This document shows, one piece after another, positions 8,524 to 17,494 of a stretch of 39,737 nt of DNA. The notes beneath the pieces were generated by a model. That model was given only the letters and a program-made list of their open reading frames with translations, was not told the DNA's origin and did not search any database. The stretch spans positions 1 through 39,737 of the IMG/VR virus record IMGVR_UViG_3300012041_000042, one strand, 5' to 3'. A program made the position numbers and the translations under genes. How positions within the stretch are numbered: the stretch's first letter is position 1; every line of letters begins with the position of its first letter. Source of the stretch: a virus. Lineage: Duplodnaviria; Caudoviricetes.

Positions 8524-9224
8524 ACGTCTGCTGCTTCAAGTGGACGCCGCCCCCTGGCTACCGCTCCACCTTCGGGCCGGAGGCGGTGAACGTGCTGCAG
8601 CACATGGTCGCGCGCCATTACGCGGCGCCGCACCGGTTTACGTGCATCACGGACGATGCGCGCGGCCTCGATCCGGCGGTGCACGTCGTGCCGCTGTGGT
8701 CCGACTTCGCGACGATCCCGAGTCCGCACGGCGGGCACAACCCGAGCTGCTATCGCCGGCTGCGCGTCTTCGCGCCAGACATCGCGCCGATTCTCGGCGA
8801 TCGCTTCGTGTGCGTGGATCTCGACACGGTCATCGTCGGTGATTTGGCGCCGCTCTTCGATCGCCCGGAAGACTTTGTGATCTGGGGCGAGACGGATCCG
8901 CGCAGCTTCTACAACGGCTCGATGTTTTTACTGCGCGCGGGTACACGGACGCGCGTGTGGGACGAGTTTGATCCGCAGTACTCGCCGCAGCGCGCGAAAG
9001 CCGCCGGGAAGTTTGGCTCCGACCAAGGCTGGATCTCGTTCTGTCTCGGCCGCGGCGAAGCGACGTGGAACCGACGCGACGGTGTCTACAGCTATCGCGT
9101 GCACCTGAAGCCGCACGGCGGCCGCCTGCCGGCCGATGCGCGCATGGTCATGTTTCACGGCCACGAGGATCCCTGGTCGCCCGCGGCGCAACGGCTGGAC
9201 TGGGTGAGGGCGCAGTGGAACTAG
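8517..9224 (+). CDS. putative GT-A glycosyltransferase (GT8-like), copy 1
   Basis: GTG start overlapping the previous stop; 'CFKW', 'FTCITDD', DxD 'VDLDTVIVGDL', 'YNGS', 'SDQGWI', 'FHG..DPW'. Confidence 0.8.
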   Translation: MLNVCCFKWTPPPGYRSTFGPEAVNVLQHMVARHYAAPHRFTCITDDARGLDPAVHVVPLWSDFATIPSPHGGHNPSCYRRLRVFAPDIAPILGDRFVCVDLDTVIVGDLAPLFDRPEDFVIWGETDPRSFYNGSMFLLRAGTRTRVWDEFDPQYSPQRAKAAGKFGSDQGWISFCLGRGEATWNRRDGVYSYRVHLKPHGGRLPADARMVMFHGHEDPWSPAAQRLDWVRAQWN

Positions 9225-9229
9225 TCACC

Positions 9230-9874
9230 ATGACGACACCGCTCGATCACGGCTGGCAGTGGTCACGCTTCCAGGGCAGCGCCGAGGCGCTGAAATGGAA
9301 CCGCCGCGACCTCGACTCGCTCGCCTTGGTCCTCGCGATCGTGCCGGGGCGCACGGCGGCGGTGCAGGCGGGCGGCAACCTGGGCGTGTTTCCGAAGGCG
9401 CTCGCGCGCGTGTTCCAGACGGTCTACACGTTCGAGCCCTCGCCCGATTGCTTCGCGGCCTTGATGGCGAACGCGCCCGAAAAAAACATCGTCAAGCTGC
9501 AGGCGGCGCTCGGTGACACCGCGCGGCTCGTCAACGTCTCCCGCGATCGACGAGACGGCAAGCCAAATCCGCACGAGGGCATCACGCATATCAAGGGTGT
9601 CGGCGTCCTGCCGATGCTCGAGCTCGACGATCTGTGCCTGCCGGTCGTCGACCTGCTGTACCTCGACCTGGAAGGCTATGAATTGTTCGCGCTGTGGGGT
9701 GCCGTGGAAACCGTGCTGCGCTGTCGGCCCGTGATCGCCGTCGAGATCAACAAGAGCATCGGCTTCTATGGCTACACGCCTGACGACGTACGCCAGTGGA
9801 TCACCGCACGCGAGTATCGGCCGGTGTTCACCACACGGGCCGACGAAGTCTTCGTGCCGAAGGAATGGCCGTGA
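9230..9874 (+). CDS. FkbM-family SAM-dependent methyltransferase
   Basis: 'QAGGNLG', 'VYTFEP', 'AALG', 'LDDL', 'LYLDLEGYE..AL.GA..T..R.RPVI.VE'. Confidence 0.88.
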   Translation: MTTPLDHGWQWSRFQGSAEALKWNRRDLDSLALVLAIVPGRTAAVQAGGNLGVFPKALARVFQTVYTFEPSPDCFAALMANAPEKNIVKLQAALGDTARLVNVSRDRRDGKPNPHEGITHIKGVGVLPMLELDDLCLPVVDLLYLDLEGYELFALWGAVETVLRCRPVIAVEINKSIGFYGYTPDDVRQWITAREYRPVFTTRADEVFVPKEWP

Positions 9875-10590
9875 AGGTGACGAGCGCCGTTCACACCGTC
9901 GCCGACTATCAAGCCGCCTTCGATGCGGAATGCGGCCAGGCGTATCCGATGATCGACGCGTTTGAAGCGCGCGCCGGCGTCGCGATCGATGAGGGTCGCC
10001 TGCGCGCGGCGGCCTATCTGCTCGCGTGTCCGCTGAAAGCGCATCCGCCGAACTGGCAGCACGGCCGCGTGCTCTATGCGGCGGCGGTGCAGCACTTCGA
10101 GGCGTATCGCGGGCACGCGCTGGTGCTCGACATCGGGACCGCCAAGGGCTTCTCGGCACTCTGCCTGCAGTGGGCGCTACGCGACGTCGGCGTCACCGGC
10201 CACGTCGTGTCGGTCGATGTGATCGATCCGTGCAGCCGCGTGCCGCGCAATACCGTCGCCGAGCTCGGTGCGCCGCTCACGCTCTTCGAGCTGCTGCGCC
10301 CCTGGCCGGAGGCGGCGACGATCACGTTCCGCCACATGACCGGGATCGACTTCCTGCTGGGGTATCAGGGACGGATCGACTGTGCCTTCATCGATGGCAA
10401 GCATACGGGCGCGGTCGTCGCGCAGGAAGGTCTGCTCCTTGCCGAACGTCAGCAGCCCGGCGACCTCGCGATCTTCGATGACGTGCACCTGAAGGACGTG
10501 CGCCAGGCGGTGTCCGATCTGCGCGCGTACAACCTCGAGTGGATCAGCGTGAGCCCGTTGCGCGCATACGCCGTCGGGAGGCGGCGATGA
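9865..10590 (+). CDS. class I SAM-dependent methyltransferase (Methyltransf_24-like)
   Basis: 'VLDIGTAKGFS', 'VVSVD', 'AFIDGKH', 'AIFDD'; start is ATG 9865 or GTG 9871. Confidence 0.85.
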   Translation: MAVKVTSAVHTVADYQAAFDAECGQAYPMIDAFEARAGVAIDEGRLRAAAYLLACPLKAHPPNWQHGRVLYAAAVQHFEAYRGHALVLDIGTAKGFSALCLQWALRDVGVTGHVVSVDVIDPCSRVPRNTVAELGAPLTLFELLRPWPEAATITFRHMTGIDFLLGYQGRIDCAFIDGKHTGAVVAQEGLLLAERQQPGDLAIFDDVHLKDVRQAVSDLRAYNLEWISVSPLRAYAVGRRR

Positions 10591-11252
10591 GGCTCACGAT
10601 CGCCTGCGTGTGGGTGCAGGGACATGTGCCCTACGGCGTGGAGTATGTCGCGCGGTTGGCCTCGAGCGTGCGGCGGGCACTGACGCGGCCATACACCTTC
10701 GTGTGCCTCACCGATCAGCCGCGCCGCGTGCCCGCCGGGCTCACCGCGATCACAGTACCGTCGCCGCGGCCGTTAAAGGGCTGGTGGTCGAAGATCGAAC
10801 TCTTCCAGCCGGGCCGCTTCACGGGGCGCGTGCTCTTTCTCGATTTGGATTCGCTGATCGTCGATCAGCTCGATCCGATTGTCGACTATCCGGCGCCGTT
10901 CGCACTCGTGCCCCACACCGGCAAGCCCGCCGGCACGTTTCCGGAGGGGCGCGAAGGTCTGACCGTCGTGAAGCGGTTCAACTCGAGCGTGATGGTGTGG
11001 GACGCCGATGGGCACCTCGATCGTCTCTGCATGGACTGGTCGCCCCGCGTGGCCGCCCGGCTGTGGGGCGATCAGGACTGGATTGGCGAGCAGCTGCCGG
11101 ACGCCGCCGCGATGCCGATGACCTGGTTCCCGCGCGTCTCGCAGATCGAAGACGGCCCTGTGCCCGCGGACGCGAAGGTGGTTCTGTGCAAGAAACCGAA
11201 GAATGTGATCGCCGCCCGGCAGTGGCCCTGGGTGCAGGAGGCCTGGCAGTGA
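10587..11252 (+). CDS. putative GT-A glycosyltransferase (GT8-like), copy 2
   Basis: ATGA overlap; 'FVCLTD', 'GWWSKIELF', DxD 'FLDLDSLIV', 'FNSSVMVW', 'GDQDWI'. Confidence 0.82.
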   Translation: MRLTIACVWVQGHVPYGVEYVARLASSVRRALTRPYTFVCLTDQPRRVPAGLTAITVPSPRPLKGWWSKIELFQPGRFTGRVLFLDLDSLIVDQLDPIVDYPAPFALVPHTGKPAGTFPEGREGLTVVKRFNSSVMVWDADGHLDRLCMDWSPRVAARLWGDQDWIGEQLPDAAAMPMTWFPRVSQIEDGPVPADAKVVLCKKPKNVIAARQWPWVQEAWQ

Positions 11253-12001
11253 TGGGCACGCCCTGGTCGGCCGCGCTCCCGGTCGTGTACATGGCGACGG
11301 CCGCGGCGCCGAAGCGCGTGACGCTGATCTATCCCTACTACTGCAACGGCCAGTTTCTCGCCGTCCAGGTGGCCGGCTGGCAGCGGTGGCCGGCGGATCT
11401 ACGTGCGCACGTCGAGGCCGTGATCGTCGATGACGGATCGCCGGAACCCGCGGCAGACGTGCTGCGGCATCTCGTGCCGCCGTTTCCGTGGCGCTTGTTT
11501 CGGATCCGCGAAGACCGGCGCTGGAACTGGCTCGCCGCGCGCAATCGCGGCGCGCACGAAGCCGCCGACGGCTGGCTGTTGATGACCGACATGGATCACG
11601 TCATCCCGGAAGCGACCATGGCGGCGGTCGTGATGGGCGCGCACGACCCGGCGGTGATCTACGGGTTTCGTCGGCGGGAGTCATCCGGCGCGCGGCTGCA
11701 GCCGCATCCGAATTCCTGGCTATTGACGCGCAAGCGGTTTTGGACCGTCGGCGGCTACGACGAAACCCTGTCGGGCTATTACGGCACGGACGGCGACTGG
11801 CGGCGGCGCTGTGCGCGCGTCGCGCGGATGGAAATTCTGCGCGAGGACCTCGTTCGGCACGAGTTCGACGGCGATTCCAGCACGCGCCGCTATCAACGGA
11901 AACAACCGGAAGACGCGGCGGTGAAACATCTGATTGCGGCGCGCGGACCCGACTGGAGTCCTCGCACGCTGTCGTTCGCGGCGGATGAAGTGGCCCTGTG
12001 A
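11252..12001 (+). CDS. GT2-family glycosyltransferase
   Basis: 'VTLIYPYY', 'VIVDDGS', 'AARNRG', DxD 'TDMDH', 'VGGYDE..GYYGTD'. Confidence 0.88.
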   Translation: MGTPWSAALPVVYMATAAAPKRVTLIYPYYCNGQFLAVQVAGWQRWPADLRAHVEAVIVDDGSPEPAADVLRHLVPPFPWRLFRIREDRRWNWLAARNRGAHEAADGWLLMTDMDHVIPEATMAAVVMGAHDPAVIYGFRRRESSGARLQPHPNSWLLTRKRFWTVGGYDETLSGYYGTDGDWRRRCARVARMEILREDLVRHEFDGDSSTRRYQRKQPEDAAVKHLIAARGPDWSPRTLSFAADEVAL

Positions 12002-12441
12002 ATCCATCAGAGGTGCTGCGCACGTTTATCCTCGCGGATCCGGCGCTGGCGGCGGCGCTCGGCACGCGGGTGTATCCGATCAAGTTGCCGCAGACCGTGA
12101 CGTATCCCGCGATGACGATTCAGAAAATCAGCGGCAGCGCGTTGGCGCCGTTGAAAGGGCGGGCGTCTCTGGCGCGTCCGCGGTTTCAATGTGACGTGTG
12201 GACGCGCGAGGGCGACGGCAACGCGTCCGCGGAGGTGCAACGGATCGGCCAGTTGCTCTCGGATCGCCTCGAGGGCGCGGTGTTCACGGTGCAGGATGAG
12301 GACGTCTCGCCGGCTGAAGCGCTGATCGTCGCACTCGAATTCGACAACGATCAGGAAACGTATGAAACGGACGTCGAGGGTGGGTTCTTCCGGTATCGGG
12401 CGGATTACTTTATCCACCATCAAACCGGGCACGGCACGTAA
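11998..12441 (+). CDS. tail terminator/completion protein (DUF3168-like)
   Basis: GTGA overlap; 'ADPALAAALGTRVYP', 'TYPA', 'RFQCDVW'; precedes the tail tube gene. Confidence 0.8.
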   Translation: MNPSEVLRTFILADPALAAALGTRVYPIKLPQTVTYPAMTIQKISGSALAPLKGRASLARPRFQCDVWTREGDGNASAEVQRIGQLLSDRLEGAVFTVQDEDVSPAEALIVALEFDNDQETYETDVEGGFFRYRADYFIHHQTGHGT

Positions 12442-12468
12442 ACAGCACGAGACACGGAGGGCGGAATT

Positions 12469-12909
12469 ATGGCTGATGGCTTAGTCGCACAAGGAAGTTA
12501 CCTGCTGTTGCAGTCGGCCGCGGGCAGTCCGCCGACCTTCATCGAGATTGCCGAGGTCACGAACATCTCGGGCGCCGGCGGGACGACCGAGCGGATCGAC
12601 TTCACGCACCTGCGAAGTCCAGGGCGACGCCGCGAATACAAACCGTCGTTCATCGAATCGGGCGTGCTGACCTTCACGTGTCAGTACATTCCGGCCGATC
12701 CCTCGCATATTCGGCTGCTCGCGCTGCTCGATTCCGGCGAGGAAGTGGCGCTGCGCGAAGTGTTCGTCGATGGGTCCGGCTGGGATTACATCGGCTATGT
12801 GGCGGGCGTCGAGAAGACCGGCCAGGACGTCGGCGGCAAGGTGCAATTGAATTGCTCGTTCCAGATCACCGGGGCGATCGATTTCACGGGCGCGGGCTCG
12901 CCGGCGTAA
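12469..12909 (+). CDS. major tail tube protein
   Basis: 'IAEVTNISG', 'IDFTHL.SPG..REY', 'FQITG'; GGAGG RBS. Confidence 0.88.
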   Translation: MADGLVAQGSYLLLQSAAGSPPTFIEIAEVTNISGAGGTTERIDFTHLRSPGRRREYKPSFIESGVLTFTCQYIPADPSHIRLLALLDSGEEVALREVFVDGSGWDYIGYVAGVEKTGQDVGGKVQLNCSFQITGAIDFTGAGSPA

Positions 12910-12954
12910 ACGCGGGACGGACGGCTGCCGACTCTGGGCGGCGAGGGAGGATGC

Positions 12955-13371
12955 ATGGCGAAGACACCACGCGGCGAAGTCGAACTGGCGAGCGCGTCGG
13001 GGACCGTGTACACGTTGCGACTCGGGTTCGGTGCGATCTGTCAGCTCGAGGACGCGCTCAACCTCGAGGCGGATGAGATCCTCGAAAAGTGGAAAGGGCG
13101 GTTTCGCGCCAGGATGCTGCGCGACTTTATCAAAGTGGCCGCCGTGGATCCGCCGGCGCCCTCCGATGCGGAGGCCAACGCCCTGATCGATGCCGTAGGC
13201 ATCGTGGCGGCCGTCGGGGCCATCAGCGACTGCATTTCGCTGGCCTTCCAGGATTTGGAAGAGGAACCCGGCACGAATGGCGCGTCGGCGTCCCCTCCCG
13301 TGCCGCCAGTGGACAAAAAGCGCGCGCGTCGCGCCACTGGCGCCGGGCTCTCGACCGCGGCGCCGAGTTAG
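12955..13371 (+). CDS. tail assembly chaperone (G-like)
   Basis: Between tail tube and TMP; 'YTLRLGFGAICQLED'; GGGAGG RBS. Confidence 0.8.
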   Translation: MAKTPRGEVELASASGTVYTLRLGFGAICQLEDALNLEADEILEKWKGRFRARMLRDFIKVAAVDPPAPSDAEANALIDAVGIVAAVGAISDCISLAFQDLEEEPGTNGASASPPVPPVDKKRARRATGAGLSTAAPS

Positions 13372-13709
13372 GGATCCTGCAGCTGGGGCCCGCGGAGGTG
13401 TGGGATCTCAGCACGACCGAGCTCGACGCGATCTTCGCCGGCACCGGCAAGGCGCGCCGCTGGTGGTATGAGCTCGCGCTCTATACGGCATGGCATACGG
13501 CGGCGTTCGCCTCGCAGGCGATGGCCGGCAAGCTGGAGGCGTGGAGTACGTATCAGCAGAAGGTCACCGGGGCAGCGCCAGCACCGGCCCCGGCCCCGGC
13601 CGCTCCGGTGTCCTGGGAAACGCGCAAAGCAGAACGGGCGGCACAAATGGCCCTCTTCAAAAAACATCACGCGGCGCGGACGACGCCCCCAAGGGTGCGC
13701 CGTGGCTAA
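13314..13709 (+). CDS. tail assembly chaperone -1 frameshift extension (GT-like)
   Basis: Slippery C AAA AAG at 13314-13320 in the G frame; the -1 frame is open to 13709 with 'GPAEVWDLSTTEL' and 'AWHTA'. Confidence 0.72.
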   Translation, partial: QKARASRHWRRALDRGAELGILQLGPAEVWDLSTTELDAIFAGTGKARRWWYELALYTAWHTAAFASQAMAGKLEAWSTYQQKVTGAAPAPAPAPAAPVSWETRKAERAAQMALFKKHHAARTTPPRVRRG

Positions 13710-14109
13710 CGGCACGACGTTCAGCTTCGAAGGCCTTCCCGGCTTCAAGGACGCGCTGGATCGTGCCGCGGCGGATATTCGCGCGCAGGTCGCCGCGCTC
13801 ATGGAAGAGACCGCGTACGCCGTGCGCGACGATGCGCGCGCGAATGTGATCGCGAGCACGAAGGGTGACGGCGATCTCGCGCGCGCGATCATCGTGATCG
13901 GCAAAGGCACGAGCTGGCGCGTAGGCCTGAGCGATCAGGTGTTCCCCGGCCGCGGCGGCGATCGCGTCCATCAGCGGCCGTTCATCTACGGGCACATCCT
14001 CGAGCATGGCAAACGGCTGCAGCCGGCGGAGCCCTTCATGCGGCCCGCGGCCGACTCGCATCTGATGCGCTTTCAATCCCGCCTGAACGGCGTCGGCCTG
14101 GTGATCTGA
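13702..14109 (+). CDS. HK97 gp10-like neck/tail completion protein
   Basis: GTG start; 'FEGL', 'GDLARAI', 'YGHILEHG...PAEPFMRPA'. Confidence 0.8.
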   Translation: MANGTTFSFEGLPGFKDALDRAAADIRAQVAALMEETAYAVRDDARANVIASTKGDGDLARAIIVIGKGTSWRVGLSDQVFPGRGGDRVHQRPFIYGHILEHGKRLQPAEPFMRPAADSHLMRFQSRLNGVGLVI

Positions 14110-14110
14110 C

Positions 14111-17100
14111 GTGCCAACAATCGCTAGCTTAATTGTTCGGATTGGCGCGAACGATCAGCAGATACAGAGCGCGCTGGCGAGCGTCGGCCAGAAGGCGAAG
14201 AGCGTCGACGCCGACCTCAAAAAGCTGGGCGGCACCGCGCTCGGCGCGAAGGCGGAAGCGTCGCTCAAGGATCTCAAGTCCACGATGGACGGGATCACGA
14301 AGGCGCAGGAGCGCGTCGCCGAGAAGGCGCGCCTGGCGGCCGCGGGTCTCGAAGCGATGGGCGGCGTCGCGCGCCTCACCGAGAAAGAACTCAAGCAAGT
14401 CCAACGCACGCTGAACGAAGGCGTGAGCGCGTACGAGGCCCTGGGAAAGAAAGCGCCGGCCGAGCTCCAGAAGGTCGCGGACGCGGTGAAGGGCAAGCTC
14501 GACGCGCCGATGGGCACGCTCAACACGAAGATGATCGCGCTCGGCACGGCCCTCGGTACGTCGCTCGCCGGCGCCGCGCAGCAGATCGGTCGTCAGTTGC
14601 TCACGTCGGCGAAAGCGACGCTCGACTTCGCGGATGCACTCTCGAACATGAGTGCGAAGACCGGCGTCTCCGTCGAAGGCCTGCAGCGGCTCGAAGCGCT
14701 CGGCGTGACGTCCGGCGTGTCGATGGAAACGCTCGCCGGCGCCGTCGGGCAACTGCAGAAGCACCTCGACGATCCGGCGGCGCAGAAGTCGCTGGCTGAG
14801 ATGGGCCTCAACTACCAGCGGATCCGCAACCTCGAACCCGAAGATCAATTCTTAGAGATCGCGAAGTCCGTCGCGGCGATCAAAGACCCGGTCGAGCGCG
14901 CGAACGCCGGCGCCGCGCTCTTCGGCAAGCAGTGGGAAACGATCGCGCCGGCGATTACCGGCGACATCGACGCGATCATTTCGTCGATGCATGGCCTCTC
15001 GAAAGAGCAGGTCGAGGCGCTCGACGCCGCAGGCGACGCCTGGGACAAGTGGCAGAAGCAAGCGAGCAACGCGTTCGATCGCTTCCTGGGCAACATCGTC
15101 ATCGGCGCGCAAAAGGCTGAGCTCACGATCGGGAAATCGCTGCTCGATCCGGTCGGGTCGTTGTCGCGCCTGCTCCAGCAGATGGATAAGGAGGCGCGGA
15201 ACTTCGAAGGCAACATGCCGAAGGTCCGCGACCCCGGTTTCACCTTCAAACCATACGATCCGGCGCAGGCGACGCAGGGCGCGAACCTCAACCGCATCCT
15301 GGCCGAGAGCGACGAGAAGCTCGGCGGGCTCATCAAGAAAGCCGACGAGCTCGCGAAGTCGCGGGCCGCGGCGTTCACCGAGCAACTCTTCAACCGGGAT
15401 GCGATCGCGAACGCTGAAGGGCTGATGTCCGCGCTCGGCGGCGTCGAGAACCTCACGAAGCTGACCGCGACGGCGACCGCGACGCTGCACGCGAAACTCG
15501 GCGAGGCCATCGACGTCTACCGCGTGATGGGCCGCGAGGTGCCGGCGGCGCTGCAGGAGATCTACAACAAGACGCTCCCGCTGCGCACGTTCGAGGTCAA
15601 AGCCGTCGTCGGGCCGTCACTGCGCGGCATGCAGCAGACCTTCGTCAATCTCGGCGAGGTGCTGCAGAACGGCACCGTCTACGCGCGCGACCTCACGTAT
15701 GAGCTCACCGCCGGGACGATCCAACTCGACAAGTACGGCAACGTGATCAAGACCGAGGTGATCCCACCGCTGGGGACCTTCGGCGTCACGATCGCCAAAA
15801 CGATCACGCTCACGCAGCAGCTCGGCGATGGGGTGAAGAAAGCCTTCGGCAGCCTCCCCGATCTCCTCAAGCAGGCATTTACGGGCGGCGGCGGGCTCCT
15901 CGGCGCGGCGAAGGCCTTCGGCGTGCAGCTGGCGGAAGCGCTCACGGCGCCGCTCATGGCGCGGCTCTCGGCAACACTTGCAAAATTCGGCGGCGCGATC
16001 TCCGGCGCGATCGGCATCGGCGGCACCGCGGCGACCGCCGTCGCCGGCACAGCCGCCGCGGCGGGAGGTGCCGCGGCCGCTGGCGCGGGCGGAGCGGCGG
16101 CCGGCGGTGCCGCGGCAGGCGGCGGGATCCTGGGCGGGATCACGGCAGCACAAGCGATTCCAATTGCGGGCGCCGTGGCGGCTGGCGTGTACGGGATCGT
16201 CAAGGGGGTGCAGGCGCTCAAGGCGCAAGCCGCGCACAAGGAAGTCAACCGCCTGCGCGAGGCCTTCTTCAATCTCCAGGGCGGCCTCGAATCCATCAAT
16301 CCGCGCGTCCAGGAAATGACCGGCAACGTCGATGCGGTCCAAGCCGTGTTCGACGCGAAGAATCCCGAGCAGTACGAGGCGGCGATCGCGAACCTCACCG
16401 GAGTCCTCGATGCCTACAACGCGAAGTGGGCCGAGCAACAGCGGCTCTTCGAAGACCTCTCGGTCGATGTCGGCACCGTCACCGAAAAACTCGCCGGGAT
16501 CACCACCATCACGCCCGATGTCCAGAAGGCGCTCGAGGCGGTCTTCGACGAGACCACGACCGAGGGTTACCTCGGCGCCATTCGGAACCTCAACACAGAG
16601 CTCGACAAGCAGAAAAAGAAATACGACGAGATCGAGGGCACGCTGTCGAAGTACGGGATTTCGTTCCAGTCGGCGGGCAACGAATTCAAGCAAGCGAAGC
16701 TGAACGAGCGGGCGCAAACGCTCACGAAGGACTTCCTCACGCTCAAGGGCGCCGGCGTCGAGATCAACACGCAGATGCGCGGCATGGGTAAGGAAATCCG
16801 CGACTTCATCAAGGACGCCCAGGTCGCCGGGATCGAAGTGCCGGAGTCGATGCGCTCGATCATCCAGCACGCGATCGACGCGGGCGAAGTCTTCGACAAG
16901 GACGGTAAAAAGATCACCGATATGAAGGATCTCGGGCTGACCTTCGGCACGACGATGGAAACGACGATGGCGAAAGTGGGGCTCGCCACCGATCGCCTCA
17001 CGCTCGTGCTCGAGGACCTCGCCAAGTTCCTGAAAGAGAAACTGCCGAACGCCGCAAAGGAAGGCGCCGAGAAGACGAACGACGAGCTCGGCAAGATCGA

Positions 17101-17494
17101 AGATCCCGTCGTCACGGTGAAATATCGGGATGAGGGGCCGGGATCGCCAGGCTTTGTCCCGCCGCCAGAATCCCCGGGGGCGGCCAGTGGCGCGCGGGTG
17201 CGGCCATGGGGATTACAACACCTGGCGTCGGGTGGCCTCGCGCGCGGCACCGACACTGTGCCGGCGATGCTCACGCCTGGCGAGCTCGTGCTCAATAAAG
17301 ACCAGCAGCGCGCCCTCTTCGGTGGCGGCGCGCCTGTCGTCGTGAATCTCTCGATCGCGATCGACGGCGTCTTCAGCGAGGGCGATCTCGTGCAGACCGT
17401 GCAGCGGCGCGTCGCGCCGATTCTCGCGCAGACGATCGAGGACAACGTCGCCGGCAGCCGCACGCGCTTCCAGGACGTACTCGGAGTTACCTAG
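14111..17494 (+). CDS. tape measure protein
   Basis: 1127 aa, Ala/Lys-rich helical; 'IASLIVRIGAN', 'KTGVSVEGLQ', Gly/Ala hydrophobic stretch, C-terminal 'ASGG..RGTDTVPAMLTPGELVL'. Confidence 0.93.
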   Translation: MPTIASLIVRIGANDQQIQSALASVGQKAKSVDADLKKLGGTALGAKAEASLKDLKSTMDGITKAQERVAEKARLAAAGLEAMGGVARLTEKELKQVQRTLNEGVSAYEALGKKAPAELQKVADAVKGKLDAPMGTLNTKMIALGTALGTSLAGAAQQIGRQLLTSAKATLDFADALSNMSAKTGVSVEGLQRLEALGVTSGVSMETLAGAVGQLQKHLDDPAAQKSLAEMGLNYQRIRNLEPEDQFLEIAKSVAAIKDPVERANAGAALFGKQWETIAPAITGDIDAIISSMHGLSKEQVEALDAAGDAWDKWQKQASNAFDRFLGNIVIGAQKAELTIGKSLLDPVGSLSRLLQQMDKEARNFEGNMPKVRDPGFTFKPYDPAQATQGANLNRILAESDEKLGGLIKKADELAKSRAAAFTEQLFNRDAIANAEGLMSALGGVENLTKLTATATATLHAKLGEAIDVYRVMGREVPAALQEIYNKTLPLRTFEVKAVVGPSLRGMQQTFVNLGEVLQNGTVYARDLTYELTAGTIQLDKYGNVIKTEVIPPLGTFGVTIAKTITLTQQLGDGVKKAFGSLPDLLKQAFTGGGGLLGAAKAFGVQLAEALTAPLMARLSATLAKFGGAISGAIGIGGTAATAVAGTAAAAGGAAAAGAGGAAAGGAAAGGGILGGITAAQAIPIAGAVAAGVYGIVKGVQALKAQAAHKEVNRLREAFFNLQGGLESINPRVQEMTGNVDAVQAVFDAKNPEQYEAAIANLTGVLDAYNAKWAEQQRLFEDLSVDVGTVTEKLAGITTITPDVQKALEAVFDETTTEGYLGAIRNLNTELDKQKKKYDEIEGTLSKYGISFQSAGNEFKQAKLNERAQTLTKDFLTLKGAGVEINTQMRGMGKEIRDFIKDAQVAGIEVPESMRSIIQHAIDAGEVFDKDGKKITDMKDLGLTFGTTMETTMAKVGLATDRLTLVLEDLAKFLKEKLPNAAKEGAEKTNDELGKIEDPVVTVKYRDEGPGSPGFVPPPESPGAASGARVRPWGLQHLASGGLARGTDTVPAMLTPGELVLNKDQQRALFGGGAPVVVNLSIAIDGVFSEGDLVQTVQRRVAPILAQTIEDNVAGSRTRFQDVLGVT

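Noticed and set aside
7894-12001. Serotype-conversion (gtrABC) or DNA hypermodification cluster
   Set aside because: No membrane GtrA/GtrC-like proteins and no hydroxymethylase, TET/JBP, kinase or DNA polymerase recognised; the genes are coupled inside the late structural operon. Disfavoured rather than excluded
15990-16200. GCC/GGC-rich stretch as a separate repeat element
   Set aside because: It encodes the Gly/Ala hydrophobic segment within the tape measure protein
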